A DNA stretch of 64,000 bases from Octopus bimaculoides (taxonomy: Eukaryota). Under the pieces are notes generated by a model. The model did not search any database. It saw only the letters and a list, made by a program, of their open reading frames with translations, and was not told the origin of the DNA. Location of the stretch: contig NC_068983.1 in assembly GCF_001194135.2 (NCBI RefSeq), positions 75,255,096 through 75,319,095 of the forward strand, read 5' to 3'. Of this stretch, positions 39,663-53,984 are shown one piece after another. Both the position numbers and the translations under genes were made by a program. Position 1 is the stretch's first letter; each line of letters begins with the position of its first letter.

Positions 39663-42229
39663 TGTGTAAAAGTTATCTTAATTGATCCCATTATATGACA
39701 GGTATTTTACTGACTTTGGAAAGAACAGTAAACCTTGACTCACATAGGATTTATTTATTTTGTGAACAATAGCATCATTGATTATAGGTTTTGGATGTAT
39801 GGACCAATCACTAGTTCACTGATGGTGAGAGTGACAAGAGATTATCTGTGCAACTCAGGCAAAATAATTACCAGAAAGTATTTTTATTCAATGCAATGGT
39901 TTATGAGAGGTAATTTTATTGCCAATACATATGTATGCTCCTGTGTGTACGTGCGTTCATGTGTGTGAGTGCACACACACATGCGTGCTATGTGAATGCA
40001 TATTGTTGTTTGTGGTGTGTGTATTATGAAGATAGCATAAACTGACAATATGTCAGAATGCAGTTCCATCCAATGTTATGCCAGCATAGATAGACAGGAT
40101 GTTAAAACAGTGTTGGAGATGGTGATGTGTATGAATGGAGGTGTTGTGTAAGTGTGCATGACCTCCACTCCCAGACACAAACCATTTAGCTAAGTAAAAG
40201 GGATGGACAGGAAGACTGATAAACAGCTGAATACACGCAGTACATATGTTTGTGTGCATGTGTGTTTGTGCATGAGAGATTGCAAGCACACACATACACT
40301 TACAAAACAGACAAGCAAAAACCAAACAAATACACACCAGTAGAAAACTCATACAAACATGCACACACAATATAAAATGTTAGTTCACTAGTAGTCTCTG
40401 TCTAACTGTTTTTGTCTCTTTGTCTGCATCATCACAACCGGTCAAAACAAATATCAACGAAATTTCTTCCAAATCCCAAGTTTATCTTTAAACCTTTAAA
40501 GATACTTCTGATGAAATAAAGTTCCTTTGCTTTTCAATTAATTCTGAAAATATTGATGAATTCAATAAAATAACTGTCGTTATTAACTAGTGTTTGGTTT
40601 GTAACAAAATGTATCAGAACTAAAGGCAGTTTCAGAAGGATTGGCAGCAAATAGTTTAAAAAATTTGAAGGCTACATTAATTAGATAAGATAGTATCAGA
40701 TCCACTTAAAAGAACTTTGATCATGGATGTTCAAAATTGTCATAAAAAAAAAACAGACAAGAGATACAAAGAACCAATGAAGTGATATCTCTCACTGAAT
40801 AAGTAAATTGTATGTGTGTGCTTGAGTGTCTGTATGTGAGGATAACTATGCATATATACACAATGATGATGATGATCATCGTTTAATGTCTGTTTTCCAT
40901 GCTGGCATGGGTTGGATGGTTTGACAGCAACTGGCTAGCTGAGGACCTGTCCAGACTCCAATTGTCAGTTGCAGCATGGTTTCTATGACTGGACGCCCTT
41001 CCTAACACCAGCCACATCACAGAATGTGCTGGGTGCTTTTTACGTGCGACCAGCATGGGTGAATTTTATGTGGCACCAGCACCTGCAAAGGACAAGCCAA
41101 TATGTATGGAATGCAGCAATTTTACTTGGCTTGACATCTGAGACATTGTTCATCATCTAAGACATTGTTCATCATCAGAGACATTTTATATTCAAAAATT
41201 TGTTCATATTCCAATTTTTTCATGATAAGGGACATTCATAAATTCATAAATTGAGGTTCCACTGTAGTGCAAAAACACACTACAGACTGCAATAGCCAAA
41301 AACATCATCATCATCTAATGTGAGTTTTCAATGCTGGCATGGGTTGGTCAGTTTGACAGGAGCTAGCCAGCTGGGGGTAGGGGGGCTGTCCAATCACCAT
41401 CTGCCTGTTTTGGCATGGTTTCTACTGCTGGATGCCCTTCCTGATGCCAACCACTTTACAGAGTGTATCAGGTGCTTCTTATATGGCACCAGCACAGGTG
41501 CTTTCACATTTCACTAGTATGGGCACTTTTACATGGCACCGGTATGGGCACTTATACATGGCACTTGCACAAGCGCTTTTATGTGGCACCAGCAGCCATG
41601 AACCTGCGAGACTAGGATCTCTCAGCCGAAAGAGGGATGTAGATGACATTCCTGTATGCATGGACAGCCACAATTTTAAAAATCATAGTTTTAGAAATCA
41701 AATTCAATAATTTATTCTTTCTATGCAGCCCAGCACCAAATGATCCATGGCCCAGTACTGGGCTGGGGTCTGGTGATTGGCAGGGACCCCACTATACACC
41801 ACTATATGATGCATGTTTATTGTATTTGTATGTACATAAGAATGTCTATATTTGTAAATTTGTCATCAAATGGAATTTTGAGTAGCTTGAATAAATATAG
41901 ATGTGGTTTTCAATGGTGTACATGCATATATGTGTTTGAAATGTCTATGTGCATGTATTTATAAATCTGTTTTTAAACCAGCATTCTATCATCTGCAATA
42001 AATAAACATAATAGGAAATAAAACTTGTTAAAATCTTTTTCCCTTGTTTACCAACACACTGAAACAAAGCTCAGTCTTATGTTATAACTAAATAATTTCT
42101 GCAGCTGTTTACAGTTTGCCTTCACTATTAGGAAAAATTTCCATTTATTTATATAAAAATTATTACTGAAATATATTAGCTGAATTATCAGAGGTAATGA
42201 ATCCATATTTAAATATTACATGTCTCAAG

Positions 42230-42292
<63 letters not shown>

Positions 42293-43712
42293 TGTACACA
42301 CAGAGTCTCTAGAGGAAAACTGTTTGTAACTAGGAAGAACAGTGTAGAAGAAATCCTTCACTGGTTGCTATGAAACATGNNNNNNNNNNNNNNNNNNNNN
42401 NNNNNNNNNNNNNNNNNNNNNNNNNNNNNNNNNNNNNNNNNNNNNNNNNNNNNNNNNNNNNNNNNNNNNNNNNNNNNNNNNNNNNNNNNNNNNNNNNNNN
42501 NNNNNNNNNNNNNNNNNNNNNNNNNNNNNNNNNNNNNNNNNNNNNNNNNNNNNNNNNNNNNNNNNNNNNNNNNNNNNNNNNNNNNNNNNNNNNNNNNNNN
42601 NNNNNNNNNNNNNNNNNNNNNNNNNNNNNNNNNNNNNNNNNNNNNNNNNNNNNNNNNNNNNNNNNNNNNNNNNNNNNNNNNNNNNNNNNNNNNNNNNNNN
42701 NNNNNNNNNNNNNNNNNNNNNNNNNNNNNNNNNNNNNNNNNNNNNNNNNNNNNNNNNNNNNNNNNNNNNNNNNNNNNNNNNNNNNNNNNNNNNNNNNNNN
42801 NNNNNNNNNNNNNNNNNNNNNNNNNNNNNNNNNNNNNNNNNNNNNNNNNNNNNNNNNNNNNNNNNNNNNNNNNNNNNNNNNNNNNNNNNNNNNNNNNNNN
42901 NNNNNNNNNNNNNNNNNNNNNNNNNNNNNNNNNNNNNNNNNNNNNNNNNNNNNNNNNNNNNNNNNNNNNNNNNNNNNNNNNNNNNNNNNNNNNNNNNNNN
43001 NNNNNNNNNNNNNNNNNNNNNNNNNNNNNNNNNNNNNNNNNNNNNNNNNNNNNNNNNNNNNNNNNNNNNNNNNNNNNNNNNNNNNNNNNNNNNNNNNNNN
43101 NNNNNNNNNNNNNNNNNNNNNNNNNNNNNNNNNNNNNNNNNNNNNNNNNNNNNNNNNNNNNNNNNNNNNNNNNNNNNNNNNNNNNNNNNNNNNNNNNNNN
43201 NNNNNNNNNNNNNNNNNNNNNNNNNNNNNNNNNNNNNNNNNNNNNNNNNNNNNNNNNNNNNNNNNNNNNNNNNNNNNNNNNNNNNNNNNNNNNNNNNNNN
43301 NNNNNNNNNNNNNNNNNNNNNNNNNNNNNNNNNTATATATATATATATATATTCTTTTATTGGTTTCAGTCATTGAAGCATGACTATGACAAGGGTTTTA
43401 GTTGATCAATACATTTTCTACGTTGGCACTTTTTGATCAATTTCAAATTATCAAATTGTTAATTTATATTTTTTTAAATTTTTTACATGAAGGAAAGTAA
43501 TCTAAAAAACCATTTGAAATCTGAAAACATAAGCACTCACTCACGCATGCATACGCACACACACGCACACACAAACAAAAGTACTCAATATCATACTTGA
43601 GATTTAATAATTATTTAAAATTTTTGACACAAGGGCAGCTTGGGATGAGTCGATTACATCAACCTCAGTGTTCAATTGATATTTATTTTATCGACCCCAA
43701 AAGGAGTCATAA

Positions 43713-43760
43713 CTTGCCTGAAGATTTTGTGCGCTCACAGGAGAAACTCAGAGTAGCTAG
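43713..43760 (+). ncRNA. Type I hammerhead-like motif
   Basis: CUUGC-CUGAAGA-UUUUGUG(cgcu)CACAGGA-GAAA-CUC a GAG-UA/GCUAG. The core is intact, stem II is 7 bp with 2 G-U, stem III is near-palindromic, the site is GUA, and 4 of 5 stem I pairs form. Confidence 0.5.
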
Positions 43761-45978
43761 AGACTAAGAGACTGACTCAACCAAAATAATAGTTGTATTT
43801 TTTTATCTGTTTCAGTCAATGGTCTGCCATCATGCTGGGATACCCACCTTGAAGGGTTTAGTCCAGGGGTTCTCAACTGGGGTCCATACGACCTGGGGGG
43901 ATCCATATAAGTTTTTTAGGGGTCCACACAAATAAGATAGTAAATTAAAGATCCATCATGGTTTTTCTTTTTTGGGGTCCATGAAAAAATTTTGCTTTCC
44001 CTCTCTTCTCAAAGGATCTTTGTCCTCCAAGTTACTTGGTGACCCAGCCAGTGTTGGTGTCACGTAAAAAGCATCCAGTCCACACTGTAAAGTGGTCAGT
44101 GTTTGGAAGAGCATCCAGCTGTAAAAACTATGCCAAAACTGGCCTCACCTGTGCCCATGCCATGTAAAAGGCACTCTGTCCACTGTTAGGTGGGTGGTGT
44201 TAGGAAGGGCATCCAGCCATAAAAACCATGCCAAAACAGACACAGAAGTCTGGTGGTTTCCTGCCTGGCCAGCACCTGTCAAACCATTCAACCCATGCCA
44301 ACATGGAAGACAGACATTAAACAATGATCATGCTGAATCACCCTGAGATTAAGTTAAGGGTACAGGTGACTGTGGAGTGCTCAGCCATTTGCATGTTAAT
44401 TTCATGAACAAGCTGTTCTGTTGATTGGATCAACTGGAACCCTCATAACTAACAGAGTGCCAGTTACAAGCCAACAGCCATACCATACTTAACTCTGAGA
44501 AATGCTATGTACAGTATAACCTACTTATAGCCAAAAAGAACATACTTTCTCATTGCATTCCAAACCACTTAAAATATTTTTTAATTATTTTATTTTTTTA
44601 GCATCTGAGTTCATTATAAAAGGCAAATCAAAATTCTAGCATACACTTTGTCTAATTAAATAAGGTAAGTCAGAATTAATTGCTTAAATTAACTATAAAT
44701 ATATACATATACACACACATACATGTAGGTACATATATATATAAATAAACCTTTGGTTATGAATGATCATTGGAGTGCACTTAGAAAGTTACCCCTGAGG
44801 CATAAGTCTGTGCAAGGCTGTTTATGGAAGACCAGCAGTCACCCATGCATACCAGCCTCCCCTTTTCGCACCACCGATGTTATCCAAGGGAATAGCAAAA
44901 GCCAATACAGCTTGGCACCAGTGATGTCGCAACTCGTTTCTACAGCTGAGTAAACTGAAGCAACGTCAAATAAAGTGTCTTGCTCAAGAATACAACACAC
45001 AGCCCGGTCCAGGAACCGAACTCACTATCTCATGATTGTGAGCCTGATACTCTAACCACCTTCACTACATATATACACACAAATATATACATATATACAC
45101 ACCCATATTTATATATATCTGATACTGGAATATGCACATTTATGTATTTTTATATTAATACGCTTATAAAAATACACACATACACCCACACATGAATGGG
45201 TGAATGAGTCACCAAGTAACAGACAGAAAGATGGGCAGACATCAATATTGTTATTTGTTTTGCATATGCATGCTGCAAACAGAATAAAGCAACAATGTGT
45301 ATATTGTCATACTATATAGCATAACTGGTTGAATATTCCACAAATGTCAATCCTTAAAGTGATCCTCGAATTTATTAAACAAAATGTCACATTATATGAC
45401 AAGATTGAACCTTTGAATTACCAGTATAGCCTATCTGAATGGGATTCTATATCGATTCCCTTTATCTAATTTTTCTGTCAAGGATTCAGTCAACTTGAGT
45501 CAGTGCTAGAAACATTTGGCTCAGGGTGACACAAAATATGAACAAACTTGCAGTTTTATTGAAGCAAAGACAACTATTCAGCAACTAATAGCTGGACCAT
45601 TGACGTATGCATAAATTGTGTGTGTGTGTGTGTGTGTGTTTATTATATATATATATATATATACACCCCCATTTCAGCATTTCATATGCTAATTACTCCG
45701 GCATGCAGGAGCTATTCAGATAGAATGGGGCATTCCAACGCTAGGCCGAAACAGCTGTAAGTTTCTGTTTATTCTCAAATTCCTAATGTACTTTATATTT
45801 GTAACCTTGGTTGTTAATATAACATGGTATGTCATAAGCATTTGTATATTGTGGTTTTTGTCATTTTAGTTACAAAATGAATTAATTAATTCAACGGAAT
45901 ACACTGTCTACAAGTCGATAAATACCGCATATTCTCCTCCATTTTCTAATCGCTATATATGTATGTATATATATAAAG

Positions 45979-46073
<95 letters not shown>

Positions 46074-46264
46074 AAGAAAGGGAGAGAGAGAATATAGACA
46101 GCAGTGTGCAAATTTTTACCTAAAAGGAAAACTATAATTGTTATTAAATATGACTAGGGTGTTAGAAACACCTACATTACTAGAAATAAGAGCTAAAATG
46201 CTCTAATGCTGTAGTTAAAGCACATAATGGTATACATATGTACTGACAGGGACTATAATTGCCC

Positions 46265-46720
<456 letters not shown>

Positions 46721-47085
46721 AAGATACAACACTAGCATTTACTCTACATGTTTTATGTTCAAACTACCCAGATCCACCCTCTCACACCTAACCTACAATA
46801 TCATTCTAAAAATAAGCACTCACATTTTCAAAAATCTCAAGGATACAAGATAATGCATGATTAATTCAAAACAATATAGACAAATAAAGCATTACATTTG
46901 ACAAAGTAACCTGAATGCTAATGGGGAAATGGGCAGGCATGGCTGTGTGTTAAGAAGTTTACTTCTCAATCACATGGTTCTGGGTTCAATCCCACTGTAT
47001 GGCACTTGAGCAAATATCTTCTATCTGGGACAAACAAAAAAAGACTTGTGAGTGGATTTGGTAGTCAGAAACTGAAAGAATTCCA

Positions 47086-47127
<42 letters not shown>

Positions 47128-49379
47128 TTTATTCTCACATAAGAATATTGTTAACAGTGACTGGCTTAGCTGGCCAAAACTTCAAAGTCACTGTCAACAA
47201 TATTCTTGTTTAAGAATAAGCTTGTACTTCAGATTAATGTATTCCCTAAATTAATGTAAAATCGTTTTTTTTTTTATTATAACTAAACATAAAAACAAAT
47301 TCTAACATATATATGCGTGTGTCTGTGTGTGCATGCACACACCAGCAAGCACACACATGCATGAGTGCATTACTGTCACTTCACCTTGATATGGAGTGAT
47401 AGTTGTGTCATCATCATGCAAGTGGTTCGTTCGTTTCCAGTCTTTTGAGATGTGTCTGGCTATGGGAAAATATTACCTTGCTTGGAAGACAATGTGAGTT
47501 GGTGACAGAAAGGGCTTCCAACCATAGAAAATCTTCAACAAATTCCATGCAACCCATGCAAGCCAGGAAAAATGGATGTTGCTGTTGATGATGATGATGA
47601 TGATAATGACGATGGTCATACTAGTGTTATGTGTTTTACATCTCTTTTACCATGCAAGCATAAATAATTTGAATTCAAAACCTAATTAGTGTAAGGTACT
47701 TATTAGAATACATCATTAATTAGTAAATTTGTTTCGAGTTAATAAGTAACCAAACAAGTTTTGGTACGGTCACAATGACTTTGTTGTAAAGGTTTCAGGC
47801 AAAAATCTTATATAAAAAACAATAAAAAAAAACCATAACAGCAGGTAACAATAAAGGCCTACACCGGAAAAACCAAGTGCAAATTTGGACAACTCACACA
47901 AACTCATATAATACATAACATTTTAGATATTGCTAGTGTAGGAAAGGAAAGTCAATGTCAAGGCCATTCAATTGTTTGTTTCCGCCACCACTTCTAATAA
48001 TAAAGAGCAAAAATATCAACAAAAAAAAAAAATCTCAAAGTAACAATTTGTATCATGGTCATTTATTAATAAGCACATCTTAATTAGACTATAGCTATAA
48101 AATAGAGACCAATCTCTCTCTCATATATGTGTGTGTATGTGTTATATATATATATGTATATATATATNNNNNNNNNNNNNNNNNNNNNNNNNNNNNNNNN
48201 NNNNNNNNNNNNNNNNNNNNNNNNNNNNNNNNNNNNNNNNNNNNNNNNNNNNNNNNNNNNNNNNNNNNNNNNNNNNNNNNNNNNNNNNNNNNNNNNNNNN
48301 NNNNNNNNNNNNNNNNNNNNNNNNNNNNNNNNNNNNNNNNNNNNNNNNNNNNNNNNNNNNNNNNNNNNNNNNNNNNNNNNNNNNNNNNNNNNNNNNNNNN
48401 NNNNNNNNNNNNNNNNNNNNNNNNNNNNNNNNNNNNNNNNNNNNNNNNNNNNNNNNNNNNNNNNNNNNNNNNNNNNNNNNNNNNNNNNNNNNNNNNNNNN
48501 NNNNNNNNNNNNNNNNNNNNNNNNNNNNNNNNNNNNNNNNNNNNNNNNNNNNNNNNNNNNNNNNNNNNNNNNNNNNNNNNNNNNNNNNNNNNNNNNNNNN
48601 NNNNNNNNNNNNNNNNNNNNNNNNNNNNNNNNNNNNNNNNNNNNNNNNNNNNNNNNNNNNNNNNNNNNNNNNNNNNNNNNNNNNNNNNNNNNNNNNNNNN
48701 NNNNNNNNNNNNNNNNNNNNNNNNNNCTTATGTTTTAACACCTAAGATATATCACTGTTCCGCCTGACTGGCCTTTGTAGGATTTTCGAGCGAGTTCGTT
48801 GCCAGTGCCCCTGGACTGGCTCTTGTGCAGGTGGCACATAAAATACACCATCTTGAGCGTGGCCGTTGCCACTACCGCCTGACTGGCCTTCATGCCGGTG
48901 GCACGTAAAAAGCACCTACTACACTCTCTGAGTGGTTGGCGTTAGGAAGGGCATCCAGCTGTAGAAACTCTGCCAAATCAGATTGGAGCCTGGTGTAGCC
49001 ATCTGGTTTCACCAGTCCTCAGTCAAATCGTCCAACCCATGTTAGCATGGAAAGTGGACGCTAAACGATGCTGATATATATATAGAAAATACTTAAATAC
49101 TTATATAAGCAATTAAAAACTTACAAACCAATAAAATAGCCTAGTGGTGATTTACATAATAAAAACATGCACATAGATACAATAACTACACTATAAATAC
49201 TGACCAGTTTTTTTCCCCACTTTTGTTTGTACAATCAAAGGCATAATATACATATTGTGGTCATTAAATANNNNNNNNNNNNNNNNNNNNNNNNNNNNNN
49301 NNNNNNNNNNNNNNNNNNNNNNNNNNNNNNNNNNNNNNNNNNNNNNNNNNNNNNNNNNNNNNNNNNNNNNTATATATGC

Positions 49380-49412
<33 letters not shown>

Positions 49413-49789
49413 TATATATAATTTATATTATATATAATTTATTATATTACCTGTTCACCTAATGACAAGTGCTTAAGCAAAGCAATTATCAATGAAGAAA
49501 GCTACCATCTGAAGTATGTAGTATGAATATGTCACACTTTGTCTATGAGAAACAGAGGAACACCACAACAGTGTTCAGATATCTATAGAAATTGAAATAC
49601 CAATGTTTTTGGCCCTTTTGATATTGATTCATAAAGTAATACAATGCCAACAATGCATTGTGGAAAAATACGTCACAACCAAGTAAATTGATGCTTAAAA
49701 GAAGGGAAAAATCCAAATGCCATCATTATAATACCAATATAAAATCTAATTTATTTTCTAGGGGACAAATAATTGAGAGTACCTCAGTT

Positions 49790-49986
49790 GATTCAGTCAT
49801 TAAACTGTGACCATGCTGGGGCACTGCCTTGAAGAATTTTTAGTTGAATGAATCAACCCCAGTACTTTTTTTAAAGCCTAGTGCTTACTCTATCAGTCTC
49901 TTTTGCTAAGTTACAAGGACTTAAACACACCAACACCGATTGTCAAGCAGAGGTGGGAGACACATAAACACACACACACACACACC

Positions 49987-50027
<41 letters not shown>

Positions 50028-50170
50028 GGCTTCTTTCAGTATCCATGTACCAAATCCACTCACAAGGCTTTGGTTGGCCCAAGGCTATAGCAGAAGACAC
50101 TTGCCTAAGGTGCCATGCAGTAGGAGTGAACCCAAAAGTATGTGGTTGGGAAGCAAACTTCTTACCACCC
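49790..50170 (-). mobile_element. Family A SINE
   Basis: Reverse-complement family A with internal (CA)(TA)n. Confidence 0.75.
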
Positions 50171-50619
50171 ACCATCTAATAACCAAACTTCTTTAGTGAA
50201 GTGAAGGCACACTTTCAGCTTACCAGCCACATGATTTTGAGCTCAATCCCAGTCAGGCAAGTGTTGTCGTCTATACACCAGGGCCTGCCAAAATCTTGCA
50301 AATGAATTTTGTGGATAGAAACTGAAAGATTATCACATATGTGTGCATGTGTCTGTATGTGTGTTTGTTTACATCTGTGGTCCACAAAAGTTGTGAGCTT
50401 TGAGCAGCGTTGTTGTTGTCACTTTTGCAGTCAATGATTCAACTTCATGCCTTGTGGCTTCAAAGACATGTGAAGTAAGAGATACCGAATTTGAAAAACG
50501 AATAAAGATTAGTGATAGGAAGAGCATTTGGCTGTAAAAGCAATGACCCAGTAAATAATATATTCATCTAACCATCAGTATCATGCGAAACAAACAAAGG
50601 TACATATAGATATATATAT

Positions 50620-50765
50620 ATATATATGGGAGAATATACAAATAATAACAACAGACGAGGACAGGTGGTGTAAATAACAAAAGTATATATTAGTATGACG
50701 CTCGGGAATACGGAAAGTCTTTGACGTTTCGAGCTACGCTCTTCAACAGAAAGAATACGGAGACA
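50620..50765 (-). mobile_element. Penelope-like/pLTR-derived short repeat with (TA)n tail
   Basis: It carries a hammerhead motif. Its 3' part (GGAGAATATACAAA...AACAACAGACGAGGACAGGTGGTGTAAATAACAAAAGT) recurs almost identically at about 24825-24885, and a related copy lies at about 23555-23730. Confidence 0.55.
50718..50754 (-). ncRNA. Minimal hammerhead motif with one core substitution (Penelope-like repeat)
   Basis: Minus strand UCUUU-CUGUUGA-A-GAGC(gua)GCUC-GAAA-CG-UC/AAAGA. Stem I (5 bp) and stem II (4 bp) are perfect and the site is GUC, but core A6 is replaced by U. Confidence 0.6.
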
Positions 50766-50868
50766 AGGGGATGGTCATATTGCCAGTTTAGCCAATAATA
50801 ACACACGCACTGTATATTTGGTGTTAATTTGCTTCAGCTTTATATTACATTAATCTTAATCTTATTTC

Positions 50869-50913
50869 GGCCAGAGTTCTTTCGTCACACTTCTGTGACC
50901 TCATCAGTGGTCC
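50869..50913 (-). ncRNA. Minimal type I hammerhead motif (canonical core, weak stems I/III)
   Basis: Minus strand GGACCA-CUGAUGA-G-GUCACA(gaag)UGUGAC-GAAA-GAAC-UC/UGGCCG. It has a perfect CUGAUGA and GAAA, a 6-bp stem II, a CUC site and a 3-bp stem I (CCA/UGG). Confidence 0.6.
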
Positions 50914-51746
50914 TTTGTTTCCTTCTTTCTTATGTGTGTCTCACCTTGCTAACTATCAGCCATTTTGTATTTTATATATATCATCATCATCATTTAATGT
51001 ATTATATATATATCATCATCATCATTTAATGTCCATTATCCATGCTGGCATGGGTTGGATGGTTTGACTAGAGCTGGTAAGCCAGAGAGCTGCATCAGGC
51101 ACCAGTCTGTTTTGGCTTAGTCTCTACAGCTGGATGGCCTTCCTAGTGCCAACCACTCTACAGATTGTACTGGTGTCTTTTATGTGTCACTGCCACAGGT
51201 ACCTTTTACATTTCATATTGCATCTCTCACCATTTATACATCTCTTACTATCTATCACCTTCTCACCCTTATCTTCTTCTGAGACAGTACACAGTCTAGT
51301 ATAGTCTAAACAAGCCTTCAGGTCAGAAGACAAAGATTTTTACATAGAGAGAAGGAAGCATAATTTTCAGTCAGTTAATAAAAATAGTCACCACACATTC
51401 ACTTTTGGTTAGCTTTTTAGTGCTCCGTATTAACCTTAACTTTATATATTAACCTTAACTTTACACATCACAAAATATATCATTTGGATTCCTGTCAAAT
51501 TAAAGAAACCATAAACCAAAATAATTTCATTTCTTAATTAAAAAAAGCTGTTTACCTGATAATTTTCAAAATTTGACACTCTAAATGAAACACAAGGAAA
51601 GTTTGATCCAATTTTACAGTAACCCAGTCTATTAGAAGAACAGTAGGATAGTAAAAATTTTAAAGTATTGTATGTAATTTCTTTCTTTGAAATAAAAATG
51701 AGCTTATCATCCCTATTTTTTCTCTCTTTTCCATATATATATATAT

Positions 51747-51781
<35 letters not shown>

Positions 51782-52388
51782 AAAAAAACCTAAAAGATGA
51801 ACTGATTTTTATTCAGTTGAACATGAAGAATAATCTTATTTTCCTTCTATAAATTTAGTCTGAAGCCTTACAAATAAATGAAATGGGAATTTATTTTTAG
51901 TGTATATGTTTTTGCCTTTTACCAAAAATTCTTAAGGCATTATATGAAACCATAGTAATCAGAACTCAAAACTAGGGTGTGGTCTCACTTTACACAGAAC
52001 TTAGCATTAATCTAACTTATAAGGCTATAGATAAACTATTTTGAATTTACAATTCCAAGAGCCAAAACTTAAGTTATAATCTTATTTCTCACTTATTTTC
52101 TTTCCTTCATACTAAAATAACACTGAGGGTTGTTATAGAATTGAACAAAGAATACATGTTTATAAATGGCATATATGAAGAGCAAAAAAAATATATAAGT
52201 GCAGACATAGCTGTGTGGGTAAAACACTTAGCTTACAACCAAGTAGTTCTGGTTTCAATCCTACTATATGTCATCTAGGCAAAAATCTTCTCCCGTAGCC
52301 TTGGGTCAACCAAAACCTTATGAATTAAATGTAGAGTATGGGACTTGACTGAAGCACACCAGAGAGAGGGGGAAAGAGAAAAAGGGAA

Positions 52389-52475
<87 letters not shown>

Positions 52476-52619
52476 CTTTCTCCTTTTGAGATTGATGAAA
52501 TAAATACCAGTTGCATACTGGAGTCAATGCAATCAACTAGCCTACTCCCCTTCAAATTTCAAGTCTTGTGCCTATAATAGGAAGGGTAATTATCATATTT
52601 ATTATCATAACCATTATCA

Positions 52620-52942
52620 TTGGCACTCCACCGATTTCGAAAACAGGGGTTCCAGTTCATCCAATCAATGGACCTACCTGCTCATGAAATTAACATGCAA
52701 ATGGCTGAGAACTCCACAAACACATGTACCCTTAATGTAGTCCTTAGGAAGATTCAGTGTGACAGAGTGAGACAAAGCTGGCCCTTTGAAATACAGGTAC
52801 TACTCATTTTTACCAGCTGAGTGGACTGGAGCAACATGAAATAAAGTGATTTGCTCAAGTACACAATGTGTCACCGGGAATTGAACGCACAACTTTACAA
52901 TCATAAGCCGAATACCCAAACCACTAAGCCATGCGCCTTCAC
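52620..52942 (-). mobile_element. tRNA-head + CORE SINE with family H 3' module
   Basis: The head ends ...GTGAAGGCGCATGGCTTAGTGG on the minus strand, CORE-like TTGAGCAAATCACTTTATTTCATGTTGCTCCAG follows, and the tail is shared with 12426-12605. Confidence 0.75.
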
Positions 52943-53060
52943 ACCATTATTATTATTATTATTATAGTATTGTTATTATTACCATTTATGTTTGGATTGG
53001 AGAGCGATGAGCTTGTTGTTACTCCAGACACTCAGTCTATTGAGAGCTGGACTGGGTTTT

Positions 53061-53760
53061 CATCATCATCATCATCATCGTTTAACGTCCGCTTTCCATG
53101 CTAGCATGGGTTGGACGGTTTGACTGAGGACTGGTGAAACCGGATGGCAACACCAGGCTCCAATCTAATTTGGCAGAGTTTCTACAGCTGGATGCCCTTC
53201 CTAACGCCAACCACTCAGAGAGTGTAGTGGGTGCTTTTACGTGTCACCCGCACGAAAACGGCCATGCTCGAAATGGTGTCTTTTATGTGCCACCCGCACA
53301 ANNNNNNNNNNNNNNNNNNNNNNNNNNNNNNNNNNNNNNNNNNNNNNNNNNNNNNNNNNNNNNNNNNNNNNNNNNNNNNNNNNNNNNNNNNNNNNNNNNN
53401 NNNNNNNCGCTCAAAATGGTGCATCTCATGTGCCATCCGCACAAGAGCCAGTCCAGGGGCACTGGCAACGATCTTACTTGGCTTGCCGGGTCTTCTCACA
53501 CACAGCACATTTCCAAAGGTCTCGGTCAGTAGTCATCGCCTCGGTGAGGCCCAATGTATGAAGGTCTTGCCTCACCACCTCAGCCCAGGTCTTCCTGGGC
53601 CTACCTCTTCCACGGGTTCCCTCAACTGTTAGGGTGTGGCACTTTTTCACGCAGCTATCCTCATCCATTCTCACCACATGTCCATACCAGCGCAATCGTC
53701 TCTCTTGCACATCACAACTGATGCTTCTAATGTTCAGCTTTTCATATTAGATTTGGTTAA
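53061..53760 (-). mobile_element. RTE LINE 3' end: ORF C-terminus + 3' UTR + (GAT)n tail
   Basis: ORF 53474-53710 QERRLRWYGHVVRMDEDSCVKKCHTLTVEGTRGRGRPRKTWAEVVRQDL is the canonical RTE C-terminus. It is followed by a 3' UTR containing a VNTR (spanning a gap) and the tail at 53061-53080. Confidence 0.9.
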
Positions 53761-53819
53761 CATGTGGGAGCATCAGATTATGTGAGTGAGGATGCAAGAT
53801 CCGTTCTGACATTGTTTAA

Positions 53820-53984
53820 CCCTTTTGTTACCATATTTCAAATGAAACACACTGCTTCTGTTTCATTAATTTTGAAAATAATGAAGAATTTAGTCAAATG
53901 ACTGCCATTAAGTTAATGAAGGTTTTAATTTAAATCACTTTAAAACAAGTTTGTATCATAGAACTGAGGGCGATTTCAAAAGGG
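53820..53984 (-). mobile_element. piggyBac-like MITE (family E), internally deleted
   Basis: TTAA|CCCTTT...AAAGGG|TTAA (TTAA at 53816-19 and 53985-88), with body similar to 61161-61381. Partial copies lie at about 20595-20780 and 59260-59475. Confidence 0.75.

Noticed and set aside
45711-45765. Seventh hammerhead (GAAACAGCTGTA with palindromic stem III)
   Set aside because: There is no recognisable CUGANGA (CAGATAGA at best) and no convincing stems I/II. At most it is a heavily decayed PLE-type remnant.
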